NCBI GenBank assembly: GCA_021161555.1
Contig: JAGHAI010000120.1
Coordinates: forward strand, 1-42,500
Length of the DNA stretch: 42,500 nucleotides
Direction of reading: 5' to 3'
Source: a bacterium
GTDB lineage: Bacteria; UBP14; UBA6098; B30-G16
Positions 20,764-29,158 of this stretch are shown one piece after another. The notes beneath the pieces are model-generated. The model was not told the origin of the DNA, ran no database searches, and saw only the letters and a list, made by a program, of their open reading frames with translations. Positions within the stretch are counted from its first letter, which is position 1; each line of letters begins with the position of its first letter. Position numbers and translations under genes: made by a program.

Positions 20764-21606
20764 TCAAAAGTGCGGATAACTGACTTTTGTCTGATACTTA
20801 TACTTGAACTCTATGTATTCGTTCGGAAACTCGCCTCCGAAACCAGTAATCCACATCTTAACATAGTGATTGGTAGCCGTCTTTATAGCATAAACCTGCA
20901 TCGATATTTCGCAGTAATCGTTCATTCCCGAATTGTCAGTTTCGCAATAGTCGTCGGCGTTTCCCGTGCCGAGCAGTTTGAAACCGCATTCACCTGTCCA
21001 GGAGGAATTTGACAGGTGCGGGCTTTTCACGGCATATCCCGATACATCACAGGCTGCACAGGTATCGAGATAAAAATCAGGACTTGGACTCGTTTCGGAA
21101 GAGGTTATTGCCGTGCCTTCTTCAAAGTTATATGCGCACACCGAATCGGAGGAGTATTCAAATATTTTTCCGCTTCCGATAATCACAGGAGAAGTTTCAA
21201 CAACACGTAGAGGCGATAATGTGTCCCCACTTTCCACAGCGCGAACCGCACGAATGCCAAAGTAATAAATCCCGTTTATATCAAGCGCCGTATCTGCGTA
21301 TTCCGTCAGAAGATATTCGTTGAAAAGTTCAGGAGTTGTATTTGTGAGATATTCATCAAGTTCGCTATCTGAAAGAGTTGAAAGATTTGTATTGGACACA
21401 TAGAAATAGTATCCCTTAAATCCGCTCTCGCTCGCTTCAGGAGAATCATCCCACACTACCTTTATCGATTCTTCATAAGCTATAGTTGTAAGTTGAGGCG
21501 CCGTTATAGATGGTGGTTCAGGCGTCTCCTCCTCTTCTTTTGAACAACCTGTGAGAATAAGTATCACCGCGAAGATTGATATAAGAATAAAAACTCCCCG
21601 TCGCAT
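20764..21606 (-). CDS. Hypothetical lipoprotein with an FN3-like N-domain and a Cys-rich C-domain
   Basis: Lipobox ILILTGCSKEEE. An FN3-like stretch (IKVVWDDSPEASESGFKGYYFYVS) is followed by a C-terminal beta-rich domain with 7 Cys. GGGAGG SD upstream. Confidence 0.6.
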   Translation of the reverse strand: MRRGVFILISIFAVILILTGCSKEEEETPEPPSITAPQLTTIAYEESIKVVWDDSPEASESGFKGYYFYVSNTNLSTLSDSELDEYLTNTTPELFNEYLLTEYADTALDINGIYYFGIRAVRAVESGDTLSPLRVVETSPVIIGSGKIFEYSSDSVCAYNFEEGTAITSSETSPSPDFYLDTCAACDVSGYAVKSPHLSNSSWTGECGFKLLGTGNADDYCETDNSGMNDYCEISMQVYAIKTATNHYVKMWITGFGGEFPNEYIEFKYKYQTKVSYPHF

Positions 21607-21743
21607 TTTTTACCTCCCGCTGTTTGTGTTTTACTGATGTCTTTATCCGTCAAGAATTGTTTATACTTAAAAGTCAATGCTACTTAATATAATATTAGAT
21701 TTGCCTATGTCAATGATTTTAGCGAAATAGGGTTTATAACTTA

Positions 21744-21853
21744 TTTTGTGTAATTTTGGAGGTTATATAAATTAACCTCCCTGGCACTGGAAACCAAAAT
21801 CAGGGGGAAAATGAAACAGCATTTCTATGGTGAGAGCAAAATATTACACAAAA
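21744..21853 (+). other. Structured intergenic element (nested or alternative hairpins closed by an 11-bp long-range helix); strand uncertain
   Basis: ttttgtgtaat (21744-21754) is perfectly complementary to attacacaaaa (21843-21853). Inside it lie an 8-bp hairpin ggaggtta/taacctcc (21758-21780) and a competing helix 21777-21783 / 21801-21807. Confidence 0.3.
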
Positions 21854-21920
21854 TTAGTTGCAAGCTCCCATTATAAAAAGTTCTTGCTCAATCGTGTGAA
21901 ATTTGTTATTTAATTAAATT

Positions 21921-22574
21921 ATGAAGAAATTTGGCATTATAATTTCAGGCCTCGGCTATGACGATGGTTCATCGGTCTGGGATGTCTGTTATATTCTTCG
22001 TGAGATAGAGCGATACGGCGCAAAAGTTTTTCCCTATGTTCCTCGCGAGAGTGTCGAGCGGAATATTCCTGGCATTCGGCGGAAGAGCAGTCCGATGCGG
22101 GACTTTTCAAAGGAAGCGTCGCTTCTGGTTCGCGGAGATGTGTTCTTCATCGACGATGCTGACCCGAAAGAGCTCGATGCCCTTTTGTTCCCTGGTGGCA
22201 AAGGAAATATTACAATTTTAAGTTCAATATTGCGTGATGGAACAGAAGCGCAGGTAATTCCGGAATTGCGCGAACTTGTGGCGGGAGTTTATGTGCGCGA
22301 AAAGTTCATCGGTGCGCTGGGATATGGCGCCGCCCTTGTCGCTTTTATATTAAAATCGAGAATTAAACCAATTATAACAATCAATGATGATGCACAAATC
22401 GTGGAAGTGATAAAATCAGTTGGCGCTGATGTGATGAAAGTTCAGCCACACGAAGTCATATTCGATGAGGAAAATAAAATCCTGACTTCCCCGGGCACAT
22501 CGCCGGGGAGCAGCCTATTCCGCGCATCCCTTGGCATTGAAGTGCTTATAAAAAGGATACTTGGCAAAAAATAA
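21921..22574 (+). CDS. ElbB/ES1-like DJ-1/PfpI superfamily protein
   Basis: MKKFGIIISGLGYDDGSSVWDV..., LDALLFPGGKG and ILTSPG resemble ElbB. The position of the nucleophile-elbow Cys appears to be Gly (GALGYGAAL). Confidence 0.75.
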   Translation: MKKFGIIISGLGYDDGSSVWDVCYILREIERYGAKVFPYVPRESVERNIPGIRRKSSPMRDFSKEASLLVRGDVFFIDDADPKELDALLFPGGKGNITILSSILRDGTEAQVIPELRELVAGVYVREKFIGALGYGAALVAFILKSRIKPIITINDDAQIVEVIKSVGADVMKVQPHEVIFDEENKILTSPGTSPGSSLFRASLGIEVLIKRILGKK

Positions 22575-22602
22575 AAACATACACAGGATTTGTGGAGTTT
22601 AT

Positions 22603-23469
22603 ATGAACTGGAAGACAACATTTGTCGCTGTGGCTGTTATGTCTGTTGTATTTGCACAGGAGACTGTTAAGGAACCACCTGCGGAGTTCAATCGGGGTAT
22701 CGAACTTCTGCAAAATGGCGACTACGATGGTGCAATAGCGAAGTGGGAGCAAGCATTGCAGAAGGATTCCACACTTGCAGCGGCGTGGTTCAATATGGCA
22801 ATTGCTTATGATATGCAGGGACAGGACTCCGCAGCAATTTCCTGCTATCATCGTGCTGCCGACCTGAATCCTGCAGACCCCGACCCGTGGATATATCTCG
22901 CTCAACTTCACAGAAAGCGGCAGGAACCATATCTTGCGGCACAAGCTTATGAAAAGGCGGTGGAATTGAAGCCAGATTCCCCGGAACTGTTCAACGGACT
23001 CGCCATTGCGTATGACCAGTTGAATGAACTGCAGCCTGCGCTCAATGCCATAAATAAAGCAATTGCACTTGATTCCTTCTATATCAGTGCCTGGGCGAAC
23101 AAGGTGATAATTCACAACCACCTCGGACAATACGACAGTGCAGTTTTCTACGGGGAAAAGGTGGTATCACAGTATTCCGACGAGCCAGTTACCTGGGCGC
23201 AGATAGGTCTGGCGTATCATAAATTGGGCAATGACAATAAGGCAATGGTTGCCGTGGATTCTGCTCTTGCCATATTTGATGGGCTGGCAATGGGACATTA
23301 TTACCGGGCTATGATTTTACTTTCATTGGGCAATCCAAATGAAGCGGTGGATGAAATTGAAAATGCGGTGGAACTTTTTGAACCCTATCGAGAAGAAGCG
23401 GCAGAGGAACCGGAGTTCAAAGTGCTGATAAAATTGAATAGATTTAAAAAACTTATCGAAGGCGAATAA
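22603..23469 (+). CDS. Secreted TPR-repeat protein
   Basis: Signal peptide MNWKTTFVAVAVMSVVFAQE. Repeated TPR consensus (W..A.AY...G....A...Y..A..L.P). The ATG at 22603 is preferred over the TTG at 22561. Confidence 0.75.
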   Translation: MNWKTTFVAVAVMSVVFAQETVKEPPAEFNRGIELLQNGDYDGAIAKWEQALQKDSTLAAAWFNMAIAYDMQGQDSAAISCYHRAADLNPADPDPWIYLAQLHRKRQEPYLAAQAYEKAVELKPDSPELFNGLAIAYDQLNELQPALNAINKAIALDSFYISAWANKVIIHNHLGQYDSAVFYGEKVVSQYSDEPVTWAQIGLAYHKLGNDNKAMVAVDSALAIFDGLAMGHYYRAMILLSLGNPNEAVDEIENAVELFEPYREEAAEEPEFKVLIKLNRFKKLIEGE

Positions 23470-23575
23470 CAGTTGTTGTTTGATTTCATCGCAGTTTAGA
23501 AGTCGTAGAACTTATTTGTAAGATAGCGGGGTGATGTATGTTATTTTGTTCTGATATAAAAATTCTGGAGGGAAA

Positions 23576-24334
23576 ATGCCGATTTTAATAGTTAACGATG
23601 ATGGAATATATGCGCCTGGTCTTCTCACGCTTGCGGAACACCTGCGGGAGAAATATGAAGTTGTGATAGTTTCGCCCGACAGGGAGCAGAGCGCCGTTGG
23701 TCATGCGATTACTCTTGCGGAGCCTTTGAGGATATATGATGTCAATCAGAATGGCAGGTTTTTCGGCTATGCAGTGAGCGGCACACCGGCGGATTGCGTG
23801 AAACTCGCCACTCGTGTGATAATGAAGAAACCGCCCGATTTGCTGATTTCCGGAATCAATCAGGGGGCAAATGTCGGAGCATCGCTGATTTATTCGGGAA
23901 CAGTATCCGCAGCCACAGAAGCAACGATGCTTCTCATTCCATCAATTGCGGTGTCCCTCGATACTCACCGCTCGGATGCTGATTTTAAGCCTGCTGCAAT
24001 ATTCGCCAGAAGGATTGCCGAAAAAGTCCTTCATACAGGTTTGCCTGGTGGAGTGTTTTTGAATGTCAATGTCCCCGCGCTGCCGGTGGATTCGATAAAG
24101 GGGATTAAAATCACGCGGCAGGCGACAACATATTTTGACGATTTCTTCGAACGCAGAATAGACCCGCAGGGAAGGACATACTACTGGATGAGCGGAACTA
24201 TGGTCGAAGTAGATAGAGGAGAGGATTCTGATTTGATGGCACTTCGGCAGGGGTATGTGTCGATTACACCTGTGCGATACGATTTGACGGCGCGAAGTTT
24301 TATATCGCAGTTGAAGACCTGGTTTGAAGAATAG
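23576..24334 (+). CDS. surE: 5'/3'-nucleotidase SurE
   Basis: MPILIVNDDGIYAPGL, SGINQGANVG and YSGTVSAA motifs. Confidence 0.93.
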   Translation: MPILIVNDDGIYAPGLLTLAEHLREKYEVVIVSPDREQSAVGHAITLAEPLRIYDVNQNGRFFGYAVSGTPADCVKLATRVIMKKPPDLLISGINQGANVGASLIYSGTVSAATEATMLLIPSIAVSLDTHRSDADFKPAAIFARRIAEKVLHTGLPGGVFLNVNVPALPVDSIKGIKITRQATTYFDDFFERRIDPQGRTYYWMSGTMVEVDRGEDSDLMALRQGYVSITPVRYDLTARSFISQLKTWFEE

Positions 24335-24353
24335 TATATCGAGGAGATTGATT

Positions 24354-25223
24354 TTGAAAAAAATTCTCATTACAGGCGGCAATGGGATGTTAGGTTCCGA
24401 TGTGGTGCCAATTCTTGCGAAGAAGTTCAATACAATCGTTCCAGACCAGAGCAGTCTTAATATCACCGATAGAAATGCTGTTTTAGATACGATAATTTCT
24501 GGTAGTTTCGATTTAGTTCTGCATATGGCTGCACTCACCGACCTCGATTGGTGCGAGGAACATCCCGAAGATGCTATGAATGTAAATACCAGAGGAACGG
24601 GATATATCGCCGAGGCGTGTGAAAAAATTGGCGCGAAGATGATTTACATATCGACAAGCGGCATTTTCTCGGGAAAACTGGGCAGACCATACATTGAGAC
24701 CGACATTCCGAAGGCTGCGAATGTATATGGTCAGAGCAAGTATGAGGGCGAACTTGCCGTTCAGGAAATTCTTTCCGAAGATAGGTGGCTTATTCTTCGC
24801 GTTGGATGGCTGTTTGGCGGCGGAAAAAACGACAAAAAATTCGTCGGAAAAATTTTTAATATGATGAAAAAATTGCCGCGTGTTCAGGCAGTTTCAAATA
24901 TCTGGGGCTCGCCGAACTATTCTGTCGATATTGGAAATGTAATTCTCGGGATGATTGAGAGGGATGTTTCGGGCCTTTTTCACATTGCAAATGAAGGTGA
25001 GCCTGCCAGCAGGTATGACCTTGCCGTTGCAATAAGGGATTTTGCGAAGTTTAACACAGAAGTCGAAGCAGTTCCGTCGAGCAAGTTTCCTACCAGGGCG
25101 GTTCGTCCGCCAATGGAAGCGATAACATCCATAAGATTGAACGAAATTGGATTTGGGATGAGGCACTGGCGTAATGCTCTTAAGGAATATGTGGAACGCC
25201 TTAAAAAAATTGATGTCGTGTAA
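24354..25223 (+). CDS. dTDP-4-dehydrorhamnose reductase-like (RmlD family) SDR
   Basis: ILITGGNGMLGS Rossmann motif, NVYGQSKYEGE (YxxxK), and the RmlD-like RVGWLFGG and RPPMEAI regions. The start is uncertain: TTG at 24354 lies 7 nt after GAGGAG, while the longest ORF starts at 24324. Confidence 0.75.
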   Translation: MKKILITGGNGMLGSDVVPILAKKFNTIVPDQSSLNITDRNAVLDTIISGSFDLVLHMAALTDLDWCEEHPEDAMNVNTRGTGYIAEACEKIGAKMIYISTSGIFSGKLGRPYIETDIPKAANVYGQSKYEGELAVQEILSEDRWLILRVGWLFGGGKNDKKFVGKIFNMMKKLPRVQAVSNIWGSPNYSVDIGNVILGMIERDVSGLFHIANEGEPASRYDLAVAIRDFAKFNTEVEAVPSSKFPTRAVRPPMEAITSIRLNEIGFGMRHWRNALKEYVERLKKIDVV

Positions 25224-25232
25224 ATATTTTAT

Positions 25233-26339
25233 ATGCGAATAGCAGTAATCGGCATAAGGGGTATTCCTGCCAACTATGGCGGATTTGAAGTCACGGCGCA
25301 AAATGTTGTGTCGAGGCTCGCCGAAAAGGGACACGAGATAACGGTATATTGTCGCGGCTGGCGAAAGGGAAAACCGAAAACTTTTGACGGCATAAACTTA
25401 AAATATCTGCCGTCGCTGGAACTTCCGCATCTCTCAACTCCGTCTCATACCGCCATTTCCGCGGTGGATGCAATTTTCAGAAAATATGATGTCATCTTTG
25501 CCTTCAACATAGGCAATGCTATCGATGTCCTTTTGCTGAAAATTTTCGGCAAGAGGTCTGTTATGTTCGTCGATGGTCTCGACTGGAAGCGCGAGAAATA
25601 CGGCGTTTTTGGAAGGTGGTTTTTGCGAAAGAGCGAGGCGCTTGCGGCAAAAGTCGCTGCACACATCGTCGTCGATGCGATTCCCGCTCAAAGACATTAT
25701 CTCGAAACATACGGAAAAAATGTTGAATACATTCCATCGGGTTCGGAAATTGTGGAATCTGTCGAGCGGACGGGGATTCTCGAAAAACTGGGTTTACAGC
25801 CAAAAAGATATGTCGCCACAATTGGAAGGCTCACGCCTGAAAAGCGTCAGGATTTGATTGCGAAGGTCTTTAAGCAGGTGAAGACCGATATGAAACTCGT
25901 CATAGTTGGCGGGAACAGGTATCTTCCCGATTTCGTTGAGCGGGTTAAACAGGCTGCGCAGGGAGATGATAGAATTATCGTTCCAGGACCGATTTACGGC
26001 GCTGAGGCGGATGAATTATACTTTAATGCCGCAGTTTTCGTGAATGCATCAACAATAGAAGGAACTTCGCTGTCCATTTTGCAGGCTATGGGAAATGGAT
26101 GCGCTTTGCTCGTGAGCGATATTTCCGAAAATGTGTCCGCAGTCTATGATGCCGCTCTTGTGTTCCAGACGAATTCATTCGACGATTTTTTGCAAAAATT
26201 CCAGAAAATAGTGGACGATGAGGATTTGCGAAATGTTCTATCGCAGAAGGCTAAGGAAGTGATCAGAAAATACTATTCGTGGGATATCGCTGCTGAAAAG
26301 TTCGAAAAGTTGTTGCTCGATGCGGCAAAAAAGAATTGA
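25233..26339 (+). CDS. GT-B glycosyltransferase with DUF1972-type N-terminus (GT4-like)
   Basis: MRIAVIGIRGIPANYGGFEVTAQNV is typical of DUF1972 rhamnosyl/glycosyl transferases. The C-terminal region has the EGTSLSILQAMGNG motif. Confidence 0.8.
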   Translation: MRIAVIGIRGIPANYGGFEVTAQNVVSRLAEKGHEITVYCRGWRKGKPKTFDGINLKYLPSLELPHLSTPSHTAISAVDAIFRKYDVIFAFNIGNAIDVLLLKIFGKRSVMFVDGLDWKREKYGVFGRWFLRKSEALAAKVAAHIVVDAIPAQRHYLETYGKNVEYIPSGSEIVESVERTGILEKLGLQPKRYVATIGRLTPEKRQDLIAKVFKQVKTDMKLVIVGGNRYLPDFVERVKQAAQGDDRIIVPGPIYGAEADELYFNAAVFVNASTIEGTSLSILQAMGNGCALLVSDISENVSAVYDAALVFQTNSFDDFLQKFQKIVDDEDLRNVLSQKAKEVIRKYYSWDIAAEKFEKLLLDAAKKN

Positions 26340-27100
26340 ACATTTTGGATATGAAGCACATCGCAAAAATTTTTCAATACATTCTAACTGGTTTCTATGC
26401 TGTGTTTCTCGCGTTGCTTTTTGTCTTTCCTATTGTGCTAATTCCAGTTGCGTGGTTTTTTGAGCGCATCTTCAAGAGCAGGAAAATTATATCGATGATT
26501 GCGACGATGTGGGGGAAACTTGCCGTATGGGGAACATTAAGCAGAGTTAGAACTTATGGCAGGGAAAATCTTCCGCGCGGCGAAGAAAATGTCGTCTATA
26601 TCGTCAATCATCAAGGTTTTTTCGATATTCCGCTCGTTCTCGGCTGGATTGACGGCAGAATTCGCTTCATAGCGCGGGAAAATCTTTTTTCCGTCCCTGT
26701 TCTCGGCTTGTGGATGAAATTTATAGGCTGCATTCCGATAAGTCGAAAGGCGAGCAAGGACGAACTGCGCAGATTTGAAGGTATATCAAATGTTCTCTCC
26801 AGTGGTGCTGTTCTTGCCATCTTTCCGGAGGGCACGCGTTCCTTTGACGGTACATTTGGCAAATTTCATACATCCGCGTTTCGACCTGCAAGAATTGCGA
26901 AATCAACGATTGTTCCCGTGCTTCTCTGGGGAAGCCACAAAATCCTTCCCCGGGGTGGAAAAATAATAAGACCAACGGGAGTGAAGATATGTATTGACGA
27001 ACCAATCAGGTTTAAAAAATATTCCGAGACCAGTCCAAAGGAACTTGCGGATATAATTTTAAAAAAATTTCAAATTATGAAGGAGCGGATTTCTTCATAA
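26336..27100 (+). CDS. plsC: 1-acyl-sn-glycerol-3-phosphate acyltransferase
   Basis: NHQGFFD (HX4D) and FPEGTRS motifs, with an N-terminal TM segment. The ATG at 26351 is an alternative start. Confidence 0.85.
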   Translation: MNILDMKHIAKIFQYILTGFYAVFLALLFVFPIVLIPVAWFFERIFKSRKIISMIATMWGKLAVWGTLSRVRTYGRENLPRGEENVVYIVNHQGFFDIPLVLGWIDGRIRFIARENLFSVPVLGLWMKFIGCIPISRKASKDELRRFEGISNVLSSGAVLAIFPEGTRSFDGTFGKFHTSAFRPARIAKSTIVPVLLWGSHKILPRGGKIIRPTGVKICIDEPIRFKKYSETSPKELADIILKKFQIMKERISS

Positions 27101-27104
27101 TGTA

Positions 27105-27132
27105 TTGACACTTTTAATTGGCTTTTTATCTT
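27105..27132 (+). promoter_or_regulatory. Candidate sigma70-like promoter for folB-folK-kinase
   Basis: TTGACA (27105-27110), a 16-nt spacer, then TATCTT (27127-27132), about 30 nt upstream of the folB SD. Confidence 0.3.
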
Positions 27133-27160
27133 AATATAAACTATCATCAGGAGGGTTTTA

Positions 27161-27523
27161 ATGGGTATAATAAGGATGCGCAATATGAGTTTTTTTGGGT
27201 ATCACGGGTTGACTTCGGCGGAGAAGGAACTTGCCAAGCGCTATTCTGTGGATGTCGAAATTGATTACGATACGGCTACTGCCGCAAAGCACGACAAACT
27301 TGACGATTCCGTCGTCAACTATGAGACGATTTACTGGGAAATTGAAAAATTTTTCAGAAAGAATCGTTTTCATCTCACGGAGACCGTTGCGGAAAGGCTT
27401 GCGGATGCGCTTTTCGAGAACCAGCCGATGGCGAAGAAACTCGTCGTGAGAGTGCGAAAAAATCATCCGCCGTTCCCCGGATTTCTGGAGTCGGTGGAAG
27501 TCGAAGTTGAACGGAATCGTTGA
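27161..27523 (+). CDS. folB: Dihydroneopterin aldolase
   Basis: 120 aa with FFGYHGLTSAEKELAKRYSVDVEI and VNYETI motifs. AGGAGGG SD upstream. Confidence 0.85.
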   Translation: MGIIRMRNMSFFGYHGLTSAEKELAKRYSVDVEIDYDTATAAKHDKLDDSVVNYETIYWEIEKFFRKNRFHLTETVAERLADALFENQPMAKKLVVRVRKNHPPFPGFLESVEVEVERNR

Positions 27524-28056
27524 TGGAAGATGAAATATACATTTCGCTGGGCGGGAATGTCGGCGAGCGCGAGAAATTTTTATGCAGCGCTATAAAAAAA
27601 ATTGCCGACAAGATGAATGTTCTGGCGGCATCGTCCCTATATGAGACAGAACCCTGGGGACTTACGGGACAGCCGAATTTTTTAAATGCGGTTTTGCGTG
27701 TTTCGTTCGGCGGCAAGCCCGAAGAGATTTTAAAAATATTTCAGGAAATTGAGGATGAACTTGGCAGGGAACGAAAGGTTGTATGGGGAAAGCGCACGAT
27801 AGACATAGACATTTTACTGTTTGGAAATCTGATAATTTCCACGCCAGCGCTGACGATTCCGCACAGGTATCTTTTGATGCGCGATTTTTTTATGGTTCCG
27901 CTCGTCGAGATTGCCCCCGATGTCGAGCACCCGTTGTTTGATGGAAAAATTTCCGATTTTGAGAAAAAATTGCCGCCGCAGTTGAGAACGATAATCAATA
28001 TCAAAGAGGATGAAACTTGGCGTTCTATAACTACATCGCTGTTGAAGGACCAGTAG
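27523..28056 (+). CDS. folK: 2-amino-4-hydroxy-6-hydroxymethyldihydropterin pyrophosphokinase
   Basis: IYISLGGNVGER, YETEPWG, RTIDIDILLF and IPHRYLLMRDFFMVPL. TGATG stop/start overlap with folB. Confidence 0.9.
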   Translation: MEDEIYISLGGNVGEREKFLCSAIKKIADKMNVLAASSLYETEPWGLTGQPNFLNAVLRVSFGGKPEEILKIFQEIEDELGRERKVVWGKRTIDIDILLFGNLIISTPALTIPHRYLLMRDFFMVPLVEIAPDVEHPLFDGKISDFEKKLPPQLRTIINIKEDETWRSITTSLLKDQ

Positions 28057-28661
28057 GAGCGGGAAAGTCGATTGTTGCGGGAGCGCTCGCAAAAAAATTG
28101 GGAGCGAGGCTTATAGAATCCCCCGTCGATGAAAATCCATTTATCGTGGACTTCTATCGCGACCCGAGGCACTATGCATTTTCTTCGCAGATTTTTTTTC
28201 TCCTCTCGCGATATCGCCTATTGTCTTCGCTTCTGGAAATGGATTTGTTTCATCAGAGCGCCGTCAGTGATTTTGTGTTCGAACGAGACGAACTTTATGC
28301 GAAAATGCTTCTCACCGAAGCGGAATTCAGGTTATATCGTCAGGTGGAAAAAAATTTACGGCGCGACATTCCAGATGCGCAACTGGTGGTCTTTCTGCAG
28401 TCGCCTGTTGAAAATCTGGTAAGGAATATCTCAACACGCGGCAGGGATTTCGAGAGAAAATACATTTCAGAAGAATTTTTATCCGCGCTGACGAAGGAAT
28501 ATACCGAATTTTTCTTTCGCTGGGAAAAAACTCCGCTTCTTGTCGTGGATGCTGGAACGGTTGACATCAGCGATGCGCAAAAACTGGATGAACTGGTATC
28601 TTATATCCTTTCCAACCCGATTAAAGGTGTGCAGTATTATTCTTCTGCATCGTGGATTTAG
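28017..28661 (+). CDS. Deoxynucleoside kinase (dAK/dGK/dCK family)
   Basis: P-loop IAVEGPVGAGKS, the ERD..YA region (FERDELYAKM) and the LID-like RNISTRGRDFER. TTG start preceded by AGAGGA. It overlaps folK by 40 nt. Confidence 0.85.
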   Translation: MAFYNYIAVEGPVGAGKSIVAGALAKKLGARLIESPVDENPFIVDFYRDPRHYAFSSQIFFLLSRYRLLSSLLEMDLFHQSAVSDFVFERDELYAKMLLTEAEFRLYRQVEKNLRRDIPDAQLVVFLQSPVENLVRNISTRGRDFERKYISEEFLSALTKEYTEFFFRWEKTPLLVVDAGTVDISDAQKLDELVSYILSNPIKGVQYYSSASWI

Positions 28662-28924
28662 TGTGAACCGACGAGATAGTAGTGAGGTTTTAACAGAGGT
28701 TCTACGAGAATGTCTTCGTCAAGTTCATCCCAGTGAATACCTATTCCATTTCCGATGAGTTTCCACTTTTTCAGTTGCTCTGGTTTTGCGCTGCTCAGGG
28801 CAGGAAACCATTCCAGTGGAATTCCAATTTCACGACCATCGCTCAGGCGAATAAACATCTTATGCTTGGTAAAACGCACCGACCTTGCAAGTACAGGGAA
28901 TTTATCTTTAATTGAAGTATTCAT
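28658..28924 (-). CDS. DUF2442 domain protein
   Basis: 88 aa. FIRLSDGREIGIPLEWFPALSSAKPEQLKKWKLIGNGIGIHWDELDEDI is the characteristic DUF2442 pattern. Confidence 0.75.
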   Translation of the reverse strand: MNTSIKDKFPVLARSVRFTKHKMFIRLSDGREIGIPLEWFPALSSAKPEQLKKWKLIGNGIGIHWDELDEDILVEPLLKPHYYLVGSH

Positions 28925-29141
28925 TCCATCTCCGTAAAAATATATTTTTGTTTCTTTTGATAATATCTGCTATAATATTGAGTTCCCTTTCATTATATCC
29001 ATAGTTTTTTGAAATTTCAATGGGTTCTAACCAGAACTTTGCATATTTTCCTGCTGATTCAATATGAATATGCGGTTTTTCTTCAAAGTCATTGCTGAAA
29101 AAGAAGAATCTAAACCCTCTTTCCCTGTGAATTGTCGGCAT
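28908..29141 (-). CDS. DUF4160 domain protein
   Basis: 77 aa. GFRFFFFSNDFEEKPHIHIESAGKYAKFWLEPI is the characteristic DUF4160 pattern. It overlaps the DUF2442 gene by 17 nt. Confidence 0.75.
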   Translation of the reverse strand: MPTIHRERGFRFFFFSNDFEEKPHIHIESAGKYAKFWLEPIEISKNYGYNERELNIIADIIKRNKNIFLRRWNEYFN

Positions 29142-29158
29142 ATTAAGTGTTCTTTCAA

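Noticed and set aside
21744-21853. Whether the structured intergenic element is SRP (4.5S) RNA, 6S RNA or a MITE.
   Set aside because: It has no SRP domain IV consensus (GGUCCGGAAGGAAGCAGCC-like). It is too short and lacks the central-bubble layout of 6S RNA. The 11-bp terminal inverted repeats have no clear flanking target-site duplication, and there is no second copy in the window. It is kept only as an unclassified structured element.
24354-27100. The RmlD-like reductase, DUF1972 glycosyltransferase and PlsC in a row, considered as a possible novel glycolipid cluster.
   Set aside because: All three are common housekeeping or envelope genes, and no partner genes (rmlA/B/C, flippase, polymerase) are nearby. 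Co-directional adjacency alone is insufficient.
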